Origin: an uncultured Candidatus Rokubacteria bacterium
GTDB taxonomy: Bacteria; Methylomirabilota; Methylomirabilia; Rokubacteriales; DASRDR01
Assembly: GCA_963805625.1 (NCBI GenBank)
Contig: CAWDVE010000017.1
Location: forward strand, 64,001-128,000
Direction of reading: 5' to 3'
DNA: 64,000 nt
The translations under genes were made by a program, and so were the position numbers. Under the pieces are notes generated by a model that was not told where the DNA came from, made no database searches, and saw only the letters and a list, made by a program, of their open reading frames with translations. Position 1 is the first letter of the stretch. The number at the start of each line of letters is the position of its first letter. Positions 32,499 to 43,063 of the stretch are shown here, one piece after another.

Positions 32499-33350
32499 AT
32501 GCCCGAGTTCCGCTACGTGATCTGCGACGTCTTCACGGATCGCCCGCTCGAGGGCAACCCACTCGCCGTCTTCACGGACGCGCGCGCCATCCCGGAGGCG
32601 CTCCTCCAGCCCCTCGCCCGCGAGATGCACCTGTCGGAAACGGTCTTCTGCTATCCGGCGCGTGCGGGCGGCCATGTGCGCATCCGGATCTTCACTCCTG
32701 GACACGAGCTGCCGTTCGCGGGGCACCCGGTCCTGGGCGCCGCCTTCGTCCTGGCGGCGCCGCTCCAGCTCCCGGAGATCGTCCTCGAGACGGGGGTCGG
32801 ACCCGTGCCCGTCCGGATCGAGCGGGACGGCCCGCGGATCGTCTTCGGCCGGATGGTGCAGCCCGTGCCGCGAATCGAGGCGGTCGCGGACCCGGCCGCC
32901 CTCCTCCGCGCGCTCGGGGTCGCGCGGGCCACGCTTCCCGTGGAGCTCTACGACAACGGCCCGCGCCATGTCTTCGTGGCTCTCGACAACGAGGCTCAGG
33001 TGGCCGCGCTCCAGCCGGATTTCCAGACGCTCGCGCGTCTGCTCCCGCGCGGGACGACGAACTGCTTCGCGGGGGAGGGGCGTCGCTGGAAGACGCGCGC
33101 CTTCGCCCCCGGCGCCGGCGTGCCGGAGGACCCGGCCACCGGCTCCGCCGCCGGGCCGCTCGCCTGCCACCTGGCGCGCCACGGCCGCATCCCCTTCGGC
33201 GAGGAGATCGAGATTCGCCAGGGCGCCGAGATCCACCGTCCGAGCGTCCTCTTCGCCCGCGCCGACGGCACCGCCGCCGTGATCGAGCGTGTCGAGGTGG
33301 GCGGCTCGGCGGTGACCGTCGCCCGCGGCGAGTTCCGGCTCCCCGGCTGA
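32499..33350 (+). CDS. PhzF family isomerase
   Basis: [43 protein letters not shown]. Confidence 0.93.
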   Translation: MPEFRYVICDVFTDRPLEGNPLAVFTDARAIPEALLQPLAREMHLSETVFCYPARAGGHVRIRIFTPGHELPFAGHPVLGAAFVLAAPLQLPEIVLETGVGPVPVRIERDGPRIVFGRMVQPVPRIEAVADPAALLRALGVARATLPVELYDNGPRHVFVALDNEAQVAALQPDFQTLARLLPRGTTNCFAGEGRRWKTRAFAPGAGVPEDPATGSAAGPLACHLARHGRIPFGEEIEIRQGAEIHRPSVLFARADGTAAVIERVEVGGSAVTVARGEFRLPG

Positions 33351-33376
33351 GCGTGGTCGTCAGTCATGCGGCGGAG

Positions 33377-34039
33377 ATGACCGGGTCCTCGTCGACGCGG
33401 CCGTTCCTCCTCGTGGGGCTCACCGGAGGGATCGCATCGGGGAAGTCCGCCGTGAGCCGGCAGCTGGCGGAGCTGGGGTGCCGGCTGATCGACGCCGACG
33501 TGCTGGCCCGCGAGGTCGTCGCGCCGGGCGAGCGGGCCTGGCGGGCCATCGTCGAGGCATTCGGCTCCGACGTCGTGGGGCCCGACGGTCAACTCGACCG
33601 GAAGCGTCTCGGGGCTCTCGTCTTCACCGATCCCGCGCGCCGCAAGGCCCTCGAGGCGATCACCCATCCGGCGATCATGGCCCGACGGCAGGCGATCCTC
33701 GACGCGTGGGCGGCCGAGGGTTTCGACGGCCTGGTCGTGCTCGACATCCCGCTTCTCATCGAGGTCGGCGCCGCGGCGCACGTGGACCGTGTGGTCTTGG
33801 TCTACGCCGAGCCCGAGGTGCAGCTCGCCCGGCTCATGGGGCGGGACGGCTTCGACCGCGCGGAGGCCGAGCGGCGCGTCGCGAGCCAGATGCCGCTCGC
33901 CGAGAAGGTGCGGCACGCCCACTTCGTCATCGACAATTCCGGCGAGCCTGAAGAGACCGCGGCCCAGGTGCGCGCCGTCCACGCCGCCCTTCTCGCGGAG
34001 CATCGCGCCCGGCGGCCCGCGGACGGCCCGGCCTCGTGA
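33377..34039 (+). CDS. coaE: Dephospho-CoA kinase
   Basis: VGLTGGIASGKS, IDAD, LDRKRLG, ITHP, SQMP, VIDNSG. Confidence 0.95.
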   Translation: MTGSSSTRPFLLVGLTGGIASGKSAVSRQLAELGCRLIDADVLAREVVAPGERAWRAIVEAFGSDVVGPDGQLDRKRLGALVFTDPARRKALEAITHPAIMARRQAILDAWAAEGFDGLVVLDIPLLIEVGAAAHVDRVVLVYAEPEVQLARLMGRDGFDRAEAERRVASQMPLAEKVRHAHFVIDNSGEPEETAAQVRAVHAALLAEHRARRPADGPAS

Positions 34040-34908
34040 CCGGTGGCCCGGACGGCCCGCGCGGGCGCGTGCCCCGGATCACCGGCCGCCGGCGGCGGGC
34101 GCTCGGCCAGCACTTCCTGGTCGATCCGGGCGTCGCGGCGCGGATCGTGGACGCCGTCGGTGCCACCCGGGCCGACATCGTCTGCGAGATCGGCGCCGGT
34201 CCGGGCACCTTGACGTGGGCCCTCGCGGCGCGGGTCGGACGTCTGGTCGCGCTCGAGATCGATCCGGCGCTCCAGGCCCGGCTGGCCGAGGCCGCGCGGA
34301 CCTGGCCGGATGCCGCGCGCGTCGAGATCCTGCTCGCCGACGCGCGTGCCTTCGCGTACGAGGAGCTCGGCGCGCTCCGCCTCGCCCCGGCCGGTCGGGT
34401 GCTCGTCGTCGGCAACCTCCCGTACAGCGTGTCCAAGCCCATCCTGGGACGCCTCCTCGACGCTCGCGCGACGCTCGACGCTGCGGTCCTCATGCTCCAG
34501 CGTGAGGTGGCGGAGCGCATCACCGCGTCCCCGGGGGGGCGTGACTACGGCGCGCTCTCGATCTTCTGGCAGCGCTGGGCCGACGTGACCCAGCTCGAGG
34601 TTGTCCCCCCCGGCGCCTTCCGGCCGCCGCCGGCCGTCGAGTCCGCCGTGATTCGGGTCGGCTTCCGGTCCACGCCGCGGGTCGTGGTCCGCGACGAAGC
34701 CGCGTTCACGAGCGTGGTCCGGGCCGCCTTCGGCCAGCGCCGGAAGACCCTGGGGAACGCCCTTCGTGGGGGGGGTCTGGGAGGCCCCGAGCGTGTCACG
34801 GTCGCCCTGGCCGTGGCGGCGATCGATGGCGGGCGCCGGGCCGAGACCCTCTCGCTCGAGGAGTTCGCCCGGCTGGCCGACGCGCTCGGCCGCGCCCCGG
34901 CTGGCTGA
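34036..34908 (+). CDS. rsmA: 16S rRNA m6,2A dimethyltransferase
   Basis: LGQHFL, EIGAGPGTLT, GNLPY, MLQREVA, FRPPPAVES, FGQRRKTL, RRAETL. Confidence 0.95.
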   Translation: MTGGPDGPRGRVPRITGRRRRALGQHFLVDPGVAARIVDAVGATRADIVCEIGAGPGTLTWALAARVGRLVALEIDPALQARLAEAARTWPDAARVEILLADARAFAYEELGALRLAPAGRVLVVGNLPYSVSKPILGRLLDARATLDAAVLMLQREVAERITASPGGRDYGALSIFWQRWADVTQLEVVPPGAFRPPPAVESAVIRVGFRSTPRVVVRDEAAFTSVVRAAFGQRRKTLGNALRGGGLGGPERVTVALAVAAIDGGRRAETLSLEEFARLADALGRAPAG

Positions 34909-34987
34909 CGTCGCCCGCCCTGGTCGTTTTCCGCCATGGCCCGGTTTTTAGGGGCCTCCGCGGCTGCGTGATACGCTACGCCCAAGT

Positions 34988-36703
34988 ATGACCGACCGCG
35001 TCATCCCGGCCAGCGCTTCGGCCGGGGCTCCGGGCGACCCTGCGATCGAGCCCAGCGTTCGCATCCTCCCGCTCGGCGGCCTCGGGGAGATCGGTCTCAA
35101 CATGATGCTGCTCGAGTCGGGCGAGGATCTCCTGGCCATCGACTGCGGGCTCATGTTCCCGGACGACGAGATGCCCGGGGTGGATTACGTCATCCCGGAC
35201 TTCTCGTACCTTCTCGCGCGGCGCGAGCAGGTGCGCGGGGTTATCCTCACCCACGCTCACGAGGACCACATCGGGGCGCTCCCGTACCTCCTGCGCGAGC
35301 TCGACGTCCCGGTGTACGGGCCCCGGATGGCGCTCGCCCTGGCCGGCGAGCGCCTCCGCGAGCACGGTCTCCTGGACCGCGCCCGGCTCGTCCCGGTCGA
35401 GCCCCGGCGCGCGTTCGACGTCGGCGGCTTCCGGGTGGAGCCGATCCGGGTGACCCACTCGGTCGTCGACGGCCTCGGCTACGGCATCGAGACGCCGGTC
35501 GGCACCCTCGTCCACACGGGGGACTTCAAGTTCGATTCGAACCCGATCGACGGCGAGCGCTCGGACTATCATCGCCTCGCCGAGCTCGGCGAGCGGGGCG
35601 TCCTTTGCCTGATGGCCGACTCCACGAACGTCGACCGGCCGGGCACCACGCCGTCCGAGCACGAGGTCGGGCGCGCGCTGAGCGACCGGTTTCGCCGCGC
35701 CCCCGGGCGCGTCATCGTCGCGACCTTCGCCTCGCACGTCCACCGCATCCAGCAGGTCCTCGACCTTGCGGCCACCTTCGGGCGCAAGGTCGCGCTCCTC
35801 GGGCGGAGCATGGAGACCAACGTGCGCCTGGCCGCGGAGCTCGGTTACCTCCGCGTTCCCGACGGGACGCTCCTGTCGCTCGAGGACCTGTCGGCGCTGC
35901 CGCCCTACCGCCAATTGATCATCTCCACGGGGAGCCAGGGCGAGCCGAACTCGGCCCTGGCCCTCATGGCGGCCGCGGAGCACAAGTACCTACGCGTGGG
36001 CGAGGGTGACCTCGTAATCCTCTCCGCTCGGGTCATTCCGGGCCACGAGCGCACGGTCACGCGCGTGGTCAACCAGCTCCTCCGCCAGGGTGCCGAGGTT
36101 CTGTGGGAGGAGGTGGCGTTCGTCCACGTCTCGGGCCACGCGTCGCAGGACGAGCTCCGGCTCATGCTGAGCCTCGTCCGGCCGCAGTTCTTCATTCCGG
36201 TTCACGGCGAGTACCGGCACCTCCTGGCCCACAGCCGCCTGGCGCAGGAGGTGGGGCTCCCGGCCGAGCACGTCTTCGTCGTCGAGGACGGGCAGGGGCT
36301 CGAGCTCACCAAGACCGGCGCGCGCGCAGTCGAGCGCGTTCCCCTCGCCCGCGTACTGGTCGACGGGAAAGGGGTCGGCGACGTGGGGCCGGTGGTGCTC
36401 CGTGACCGCCAGCTCCTTGCCGAGGACGGGATGGTCGTCGTCGCCGTGACCGTGGATCGCGCGACCGGCGCGCTCGTCGCGGGGCCGGAGATCGTCTCGC
36501 GGGGCTGGGTCTACGAGCGCGAGGCCGAGGCGGTGCTGGAGGAGGCGAAGACGGCTGTCCGGGAGGCCCTCGCCGCGGAGCGGAGCGAGTCGCCGCTCGG
36601 GCGCGAGGCCCTGGTCGCTCTCCTCCGCGGCACGCTCCGCCGCTTCATCACCCAGCGGTACGACCGGAAGCCGATCGTGCTGCCGGTGGTCCTGGACGCC
36701 TGA
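34988..36703 (+). CDS. rnj: Ribonuclease J
   Basis: PLGGLGEIG, THAHEDHIGA, HTGDFK, TGSQGEP, HVSGHA, PVHGEYRH. Confidence 0.96.
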   Translation: MTDRVIPASASAGAPGDPAIEPSVRILPLGGLGEIGLNMMLLESGEDLLAIDCGLMFPDDEMPGVDYVIPDFSYLLARREQVRGVILTHAHEDHIGALPYLLRELDVPVYGPRMALALAGERLREHGLLDRARLVPVEPRRAFDVGGFRVEPIRVTHSVVDGLGYGIETPVGTLVHTGDFKFDSNPIDGERSDYHRLAELGERGVLCLMADSTNVDRPGTTPSEHEVGRALSDRFRRAPGRVIVATFASHVHRIQQVLDLAATFGRKVALLGRSMETNVRLAAELGYLRVPDGTLLSLEDLSALPPYRQLIISTGSQGEPNSALALMAAAEHKYLRVGEGDLVILSARVIPGHERTVTRVVNQLLRQGAEVLWEEVAFVHVSGHASQDELRLMLSLVRPQFFIPVHGEYRHLLAHSRLAQEVGLPAEHVFVVEDGQGLELTKTGARAVERVPLARVLVDGKGVGDVGPVVLRDRQLLAEDGMVVVAVTVDRATGALVAGPEIVSRGWVYEREAEAVLEEAKTAVREALAAERSESPLGREALVALLRGTLRRFITQRYDRKPIVLPVVLDA

Positions 36704-38970
36704 TGGCGAAGACGAAGGCCCGGTCCCCCCAGCCCAAGATCGCCGCGCGGTGGCTCCGCGAGGCCCAGGGCGTCGTCGCCCTCGGGGTCGCCGCGTACCT
36801 GGGCGTCGCGCTCCTATCCTACGACCCGGCGCTCCGCTGGGTGGACCAGGAGGCCCGCGTCGGTGTCGTGGGGCTGTGGGTGGGATGGGCGCTCTTCACG
36901 ACCGTCGGCTACGCCGCCTACCTCGTTCCGGTGATGCTGATGGTGTGGGCGTTCGCGGCGTTCACGCGGCCGCTCGCCGTAGGGACGCTCTCGATCTGCG
37001 TCGGGGCCGCGCTCGGGTTGCTGGCCGTCACGGGGCTCCTGGCCCAGCTCTCGGGGCCGGTGCGCGGCGTCTGGCTCCACCGGGGCGGGTGGCTCGGCTG
37101 GGCGGTGGCGGGGACGTTCCGACGCGCCCTGGGTGACGTGGGCGCGCTGGTGTTGCTCCTCACGCTCATGGCGGTCGCGGGCCTGTGCATCACCCAGGCG
37201 TCCTACGCGGGCATCTCGCGGGCATTGATCACGCGCCTGTCCGGGCTCGCGCGCCTCGGCCGGGGGCGTCCGTTGGCAGCTCGCGCCGCGGCCCCCGCGT
37301 CGCCGGCCCCGGTCGTCGTCGAGCCACGTCCGGCGCCGCCGCCGCCCGCCATCGCGCTGCCCCCCGAGCTGCCGTCGCCGGTGGCCGCGGAGCGCACTCC
37401 GGACCGTGCGCGCGCCCGGAGCGAGGAGCGGCCGCGGCCATCGGCGGACCGGGCGGCGGCGGGCGAGGAGCGGCCCCGCTCGGCGGAGGCCCGCCGCGCG
37501 AAGCAGGAGATCTTCGGGTTCGCCCGCCCCGGCGCCACGTTCCAGCTGCCGCCCGTGTCCCTCCTCAAGGCGCCGGTGGCGGGAGAGCGTCGGCGCACCG
37601 AGAGCGAGGAGGAGCTCCGCCAGAACGCCGAGCACCTCCGGAAGCGGCTCGAGGACTTCGGAGTCAAGGGGCACATCGCGCGGATCAACCCGGGGCCGGT
37701 CATCACGGGGTACGAGTTCGAGCCGGGGCCCGGGATCAAGGTGAACCAGGTGGTGAACCTGGCGGACGACCTCGCGCTCGCGATGAAGGCCGGCGCGGTC
37801 CGGGTCTTCGGACCGGTGCCCGGGCGGGGGAGCGTCGCCATCGAGGTGCCGAATCCCGAACCCTCCACCGTGTCTCTCCGCGAGATCCTCCTCTCGAAGG
37901 AGTTCAAGGAGTCGAAGGCCCCCCTGGCCCTCGCGCTCGGGCGCGACGCGATCGGCCAGCCGGCCGTCGCGGACCTCGCGTCGATGCCGCACCTCCTCGT
38001 CGCCGGGGCGACGGGGGCGGGCAAGTCGGCCGGGCTCAACGCGATGATCTGCTCGATCCTCTTCCGCCGCACCCCCGTCGAGGCGCGCCTCCTCATGATC
38101 GATCCGAAGCGCCTGGAACTCGGGATGTACGAGGGGATCCCGCACCTCCTGGCGCCGGTCGTGACCGATGCCAAGGAAGCCGCCTCCCGCCTCCGGTGGA
38201 TCGTCGGCCGGATGGACGATCGCTACAAGCTTCTCGCGGAGAAGTCGGTCCGGAACATCGAAGGCTACAACCAGGCGGTCGAGCCGGCCGAGCGCCTGCC
38301 CTACTGGATCATCATCGTGGACGAGCTGGCCGACCTGATGATGGTCTCGGCCGGGGAGGTGGAGACCTCGCTCGCGCGGCTGGCGCAGATCGCCCGCGCG
38401 GTGGGGATCCACCTGATCATCGCGACGCAGCGACCCTCTGTCGACGTGATCACGGGTCTCATCAAGGCGAATTTTCCGGCGCGGATCGCCTTCCAGGCGG
38501 CGTCGAAGGTAGACTCGCGTACGATCCTCGACCAGAACGGCGCGGAGCAGCTCATTGGCCGCGGCGACATGCTCTTCGTGCCGCCGGCGACCTCCCGCCC
38601 GGTCCGTATCCACGGGGCGTGGGTCTCGGAACCGGAGGTCCGCGAGGTGGTCCGCTTCCTCAAGGAGCAGGGCCAGGCGGTCTTCGAGGAGGGTCTGGTC
38701 AAGCCCGTCCGCGACGAGCGGGGCGGCAACGGGGGCGGCGGCGAGGACGACCGCGACGACACCTACTGGCGTGCGGTCGAGCTGATCGTGAGCCAGAAGC
38801 AGGCGTCGATCAGCTTCATCCAGCGCCGCATGGGGCTCGGCTACCCGAAGGCGGCACGCTTCATCGACCTCATGGAGCAGGATCGCATCATCGGTCCCGG
38901 CGACGGCGCCAAGCCGCGCCAGATCCTCGTCGGTCCCGAGTACCTGCTCCGCCGCTCCGGCTCCCACTGA
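36703..38970 (+). CDS. ftsK: DNA translocase FtsK
   Basis: N-terminal TMs, PHLLVAGATGAGKS, IDPKRLEL, DELADLMM, ATQRPSVDVITG, gamma domain ASISFIQRR. Confidence 0.96.
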   Translation: MAKTKARSPQPKIAARWLREAQGVVALGVAAYLGVALLSYDPALRWVDQEARVGVVGLWVGWALFTTVGYAAYLVPVMLMVWAFAAFTRPLAVGTLSICVGAALGLLAVTGLLAQLSGPVRGVWLHRGGWLGWAVAGTFRRALGDVGALVLLLTLMAVAGLCITQASYAGISRALITRLSGLARLGRGRPLAARAAAPASPAPVVVEPRPAPPPPAIALPPELPSPVAAERTPDRARARSEERPRPSADRAAAGEERPRSAEARRAKQEIFGFARPGATFQLPPVSLLKAPVAGERRRTESEEELRQNAEHLRKRLEDFGVKGHIARINPGPVITGYEFEPGPGIKVNQVVNLADDLALAMKAGAVRVFGPVPGRGSVAIEVPNPEPSTVSLREILLSKEFKESKAPLALALGRDAIGQPAVADLASMPHLLVAGATGAGKSAGLNAMICSILFRRTPVEARLLMIDPKRLELGMYEGIPHLLAPVVTDAKEAASRLRWIVGRMDDRYKLLAEKSVRNIEGYNQAVEPAERLPYWIIIVDELADLMMVSAGEVETSLARLAQIARAVGIHLIIATQRPSVDVITGLIKANFPARIAFQAASKVDSRTILDQNGAEQLIGRGDMLFVPPATSRPVRIHGAWVSEPEVREVVRFLKEQGQAVFEEGLVKPVRDERGGNGGGGEDDRDDTYWRAVELIVSQKQASISFIQRRMGLGYPKAARFIDLMEQDRIIGPGDGAKPRQILVGPEYLLRRSGSH

Positions 38971-39116
38971 CCGATGCCCAAGACCCACGCGACAGGGGCC
39001 TTCCTTACGCAGAGCCACGACGGGTGGTGTAGCCGGACGAATGCCAGAGTGACACGCCTAGTTCTTCCTCAAGTGGTTGACAGTGCCGGGGCCGCTCGGG
39101 CATCGTATGGAACGCG

Positions 39117-39449
39117 ATGAAGCTCAGTGAGTTTCTGCGACAGAGCACGCGCCCGCAGGCGTTCGGCACGTTGATGGACGGCGATCGCGCGTGCGCCGTC
39201 GCCCAGATGTTCGAGGAGGCCTTCGGCGTGCCGACCCAGCGCGTGGGGGTCCGCCGGGAGAGCCAGCTCCTGCGGTGGGTGATCCAGACCTATCGCATCG
39301 AGATCCCGACCCGTCAGGAGTGGTGCCGGAAGTGCGAGATTCCCTTCCAGCTCCCCGACGGGCTGTCCGGCTACCTCATCCACCTGAACGATGTCCACCT
39401 CGCGTCGAAGGGCGTCATCGTGGAGGCCCTCGAGGAGCTCGGACTCTAG
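39117..39449 (+). CDS. Hypothetical protein (110 aa; CxxC and HLNDxH motifs)
   Basis: ATG-started ORF with host-like codon use; TTGACA at 39077-39082 upstream. Confidence 0.7.
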   Translation: MKLSEFLRQSTRPQAFGTLMDGDRACAVAQMFEEAFGVPTQRVGVRRESQLLRWVIQTYRIEIPTRQEWCRKCEIPFQLPDGLSGYLIHLNDVHLASKGVIVEALEELGL

Positions 39450-39489
39450 GCCGGACGCCGGCCCCGGCCGGCGTCGCCCCGCTGCTGCG

Positions 39490-40158
39490 ATGCGTACGCG
39501 ACCTTCTGCGCTCTGCCTGGTCCTGGTCTTCGCCGGCGTCCTGGCGCTCGCCGCTGGCGCGACCGCCGCGCCGACCCTCGACGAGGCCGTGAGCGCCCTC
39601 GAACAGGCCCAGCGGCGGGTGACCGACCTCAAGGCGCCGTTCCGGCAGGCGGCGCACAACAAGGCACTGAACCAGACCATCGACGCCCGCGGCACGCTCT
39701 ATCTGAAGAAGCCCGGGCGTCTCCGCTGGGAATACCAGACCCCGACGCCCCAGGAGATCGTCTCCGACGGCACGCGGCTCTGGATCTACACGCCCGAGCT
39801 CAAGCAGGTGAACGTGAGCGCTGCCCCGGCGGCCCTCGCCGGTCCCGCCGGGAGCTTCCTCCAGGGGTTCGGGCAGGTGCGGGAACATTTCGAGGCGCGC
39901 TTCCTCAACCCAGCCCAGCCCACCGACGCCGACGGGCTCGTCGTCCTGGACCTCGCGCCGAAGCGCCCCCAGCCGCTCCTCGCGCGCCTGATCGTCTCGG
40001 TCGACTCCCGGAGCTGGCTCGTGCGGCAGGCAATCGTCCACGACGAGCTCGGGAACACCGTCACCGTGCGCTTCGGCGACACGGTGGTGAACTCGGGGCT
40101 CTCCGACGCGCTGTTCGTCTTCGTGCCCCCGCCGGGTGTCGCAGTCGTCCAGCACTAA
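39490..40158 (+). CDS. lolA: Outer-membrane lipoprotein carrier protein
   Basis: Signal peptide, KKPGRLRWEY..P..IVSDG..LWIY, F.F.PPPGV; follows ftsK. Confidence 0.9.
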   Translation: MRTRPSALCLVLVFAGVLALAAGATAAPTLDEAVSALEQAQRRVTDLKAPFRQAAHNKALNQTIDARGTLYLKKPGRLRWEYQTPTPQEIVSDGTRLWIYTPELKQVNVSAAPAALAGPAGSFLQGFGQVREHFEARFLNPAQPTDADGLVVLDLAPKRPQPLLARLIVSVDSRSWLVRQAIVHDELGNTVTVRFGDTVVNSGLSDALFVFVPPPGVAVVQH

Positions 40159-40173
40159 CGCCGGGAGAGGATC

Positions 40174-40674
40174 ATGGCTAAGGCTGAGAACTCCTTCGAC
40201 GTCGCATGCAAGGTTGACCCACAGGCAGTCACCGACGCGGTCCACCAGGCGACCCGCGAGATCCAGACGCGCTACGACCTCAAGCAGACCAAGACCGAGC
40301 TCGGGCTGGAGAAGGACACGATCACCGTCCACACGGACAACGACTACACTCTGAAGCAGGTTCTCGACGTGCTCCAGTCGAAGCTCCACCGCCGGGGCGT
40401 GCCGCTGAAAGCGCTCACCTACGGGAAGGTCGAGCCCGCCGCGAGCGGCACCGTGCGCCAGCGGATCGACGTGCAGCAGGGAATCCCGATGGAGAAGGCG
40501 AAGGAGATCGTCCGCCTGATCAAGGACACGAAACTCAAGGTGCAGGCTCAGATCCAGGAGGACCACGTCCGGGTGTTCGGCAAGAACCGGGACGACCTCC
40601 AGGCGGTGATCAAGACCCTCAGGGAGCAGGATCTGGGCATCGAGATGCAGTTCACGAACTACCGCTCGGAGTAA
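40174..40674 (+). CDS. yajQ: YajQ family nucleotide-binding protein
   Basis: [39 protein letters not shown]. Confidence 0.95.
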   Translation: MAKAENSFDVACKVDPQAVTDAVHQATREIQTRYDLKQTKTELGLEKDTITVHTDNDYTLKQVLDVLQSKLHRRGVPLKALTYGKVEPAASGTVRQRIDVQQGIPMEKAKEIVRLIKDTKLKVQAQIQEDHVRVFGKNRDDLQAVIKTLREQDLGIEMQFTNYRSE

Positions 40675-40743
40675 CCCCTCCCCGCGGGCCAGGCCCTTCG
40701 AGGCCGGCCCCCTTGGGGCGCGGGTCGTTCGCCGGGTGCGTCC

Positions 40744-41112
40744 CTACCGAACAATCACCGCGTTGGGCAGCCCCTGGAAGTCTGCGTCGGCGGTGACCAG
40801 TGTGGCCCCATGGCGCCGTGCCGTGGCGTAGACGAGAGAATCTGCCATCGCGAGACCCTGGGCGAGGGACAGATCGGCCGCCTCGAGTGCCAGGGACTCG
40901 TCCACGGGCGCGATCGTCGCGCGCCGCAGGGCCGCCACTGCCTCCAAGGCCCGTTCCTCCGAGAGATCCCGGCGGATGACCTTGTAGACCTCGTAGATCT
41001 CGATCGCCGACACGAGGAGAGGCTGGGAGCCCTCGAGGTACTTGGCGAATCGGGCGGCCCGGGGCCGGTCGGCGAGGTATTCGATCCAGCCGCTCGAGTC
41101 GACCAGGATCAG
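40744..41112 (-). CDS. vapC: VapC PIN-domain toxin
   Basis: Frame extends upstream to (L)ILVDSSGWIEYL; IYEV, LAMADSLVYATA, LVTADADF; apparent CTG start. Confidence 0.88.
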   Translation of the reverse strand: MILVDSSGWIEYLADRPRAARFAKYLEGSQPLLVSAIEIYEVYKVIRRDLSEERALEAVAALRRATIAPVDESLALEAADLSLAQGLAMADSLVYATARRHGATLVTADADFQGLPNAVIVR

Positions 41113-41318
41113 AGGCGATCCTTCTTCTCGCGTAACCCCCGCTCGCTCGCTCCGCGTGCCACGCCGCGGAACGCTCGCATCGGCCGCTCGGGAACTAGGA
41201 AGATGACGCCTCCCTTGGCGACCACGGTGAGCTTCATCCCGGGCTGGAGCCGGAGTCGCTCGCGGGTGGCGCGAGGCAGCACGAGCTGGTACTTGCTCGA
41301 GAGGGTCACCGTTTCCAT
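41109..41318 (-). CDS. vapB: AbrB/MazE/SpoVT family antitoxin
   Basis: VTLSSKYQLVLPRATRERLRLQPG; overlaps the PIN toxin gene. Confidence 0.9.
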   Translation of the reverse strand: METVTLSSKYQLVLPRATRERLRLQPGMKLTVVAKGGVIFLVPERPMRAFRGVARGASERGLREKKDRL

Positions 41319-41321
41319 CGT

Positions 41322-41359
41322 CTTACGAAGAATCTATCGATTGGCCAAGCGTAAGTCAA
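41322..41359 (-). promoter_or_regulatory. vapBC promoter with inverted-repeat operator
   Basis: TTGACT-17-TAGATT on the minus strand, overlapped by CTTACG..CGTAAG. Confidence 0.65.
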
Positions 41360-41396
41360 GCCGGGGGCCGGTGGAGCGCCGTGCGCTCGCTCGGCC

Positions 41397-42436
41397 TCAG
41401 GCCGGCGGGATCAGGCCCATCCGGCGCTTCATCTCGGCGAGCTTCGGCTCGGCGATCGCGCGGGCGCGCTCCGCGCCGCGGGCCAGGAGCCGGTCGAGCT
41501 CGGCCGGATCCCGCATCAGCGCCGCGTGGCGCTCCCGGATCGGCGTCAGCTCGGCGACGACGGCATCGGCGACCCGACGCTTCAGGTCTCCGTAGCCCCG
41601 GGCGGCGGCGAAGTCGGCCTCCACGGCGGCGGCTGCTTTTCCCGTCACGGTCTGGTAGATGCCGAGGAGGTTACTCACGCCCGCCCGGGCGGGGTCGTCC
41701 GAGAAGCGGATCTCGTTTCCCGAGTCGGTGACCGCCCGGGCGACGGTCCGCCGGATCTCGTCCGGCTCGTCCAGCACGCGGATGGCATGGCCCGGGACGT
41801 GGGCGTGGCTCTTCGACATCTTGACGGCCGGATCGTCGAGGCTCATGACCCGCGCCCCCGCCTCGGGGATGACCGCGGTCGGCAGGACGAAGAGGCTTCC
41901 GTGGAGCCGGTTGAACCGCTCGGCGATGTCGCGGGCCAGCTCGACGTGCTGCTGCTGGTCCTCGCCCACCGGCACCTCGTCCGTGTCGTAGAGGAGGATG
42001 TCGGCCGCCATCAGGACGGGGTAGGCGAGGAGGCCCGCGCCCACCGACTCGTGCCGCGCCGCCCGATCCTTGTACTGCGTCATCCGCTGAAGCCAGCCGA
42101 GCGGGGTGATGCAGGTGAGGAGCCACGCGGCCTCCGCGTGGGCGCGGACATGGCTCTGCAGGAAGAGAGTGCACTGGCCGGGGTCGAGGCCGGCCGCCAG
42201 CAGGAGGGCGGCGAGCGAGCGGGTCTGTCGCCGGAGGTCTTCGGCGTCCTGGGGCACCGTGAGCGAGTGAAAGTCGACGATGCAGAAGTAGTTCTCTTTC
42301 TCCCGCTGCCCGTCGACCCAGCGCTTGATCGCGCCGAGGTAGTTGCCGAGGTGGACGTCCCCGGAGGGCTGGATGCCGCTGAAGACGCGCCGGCGCTGCG
42401 CCGGGCTCCCGCTGCCGGGCCGGCTCCCCGGTGGGA

Positions 42437-42440
<4 letters not shown>
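41397..42440 (-). CDS. trpS: Tryptophan--tRNA ligase
   Basis: [40 protein letters not shown]; GTG overlaps the trpG stop. Confidence 0.96.

Positions 42441-43062
<622 letters not shown>

Positions 43063-43063
<1 letters not shown>

Noticed and set aside
31967-34039. 690-aa ORF as a long CoaE fusion
   Set aside because: The upstream part is an off-frame overlap of lysR/phzF; CoaE begins near 33377
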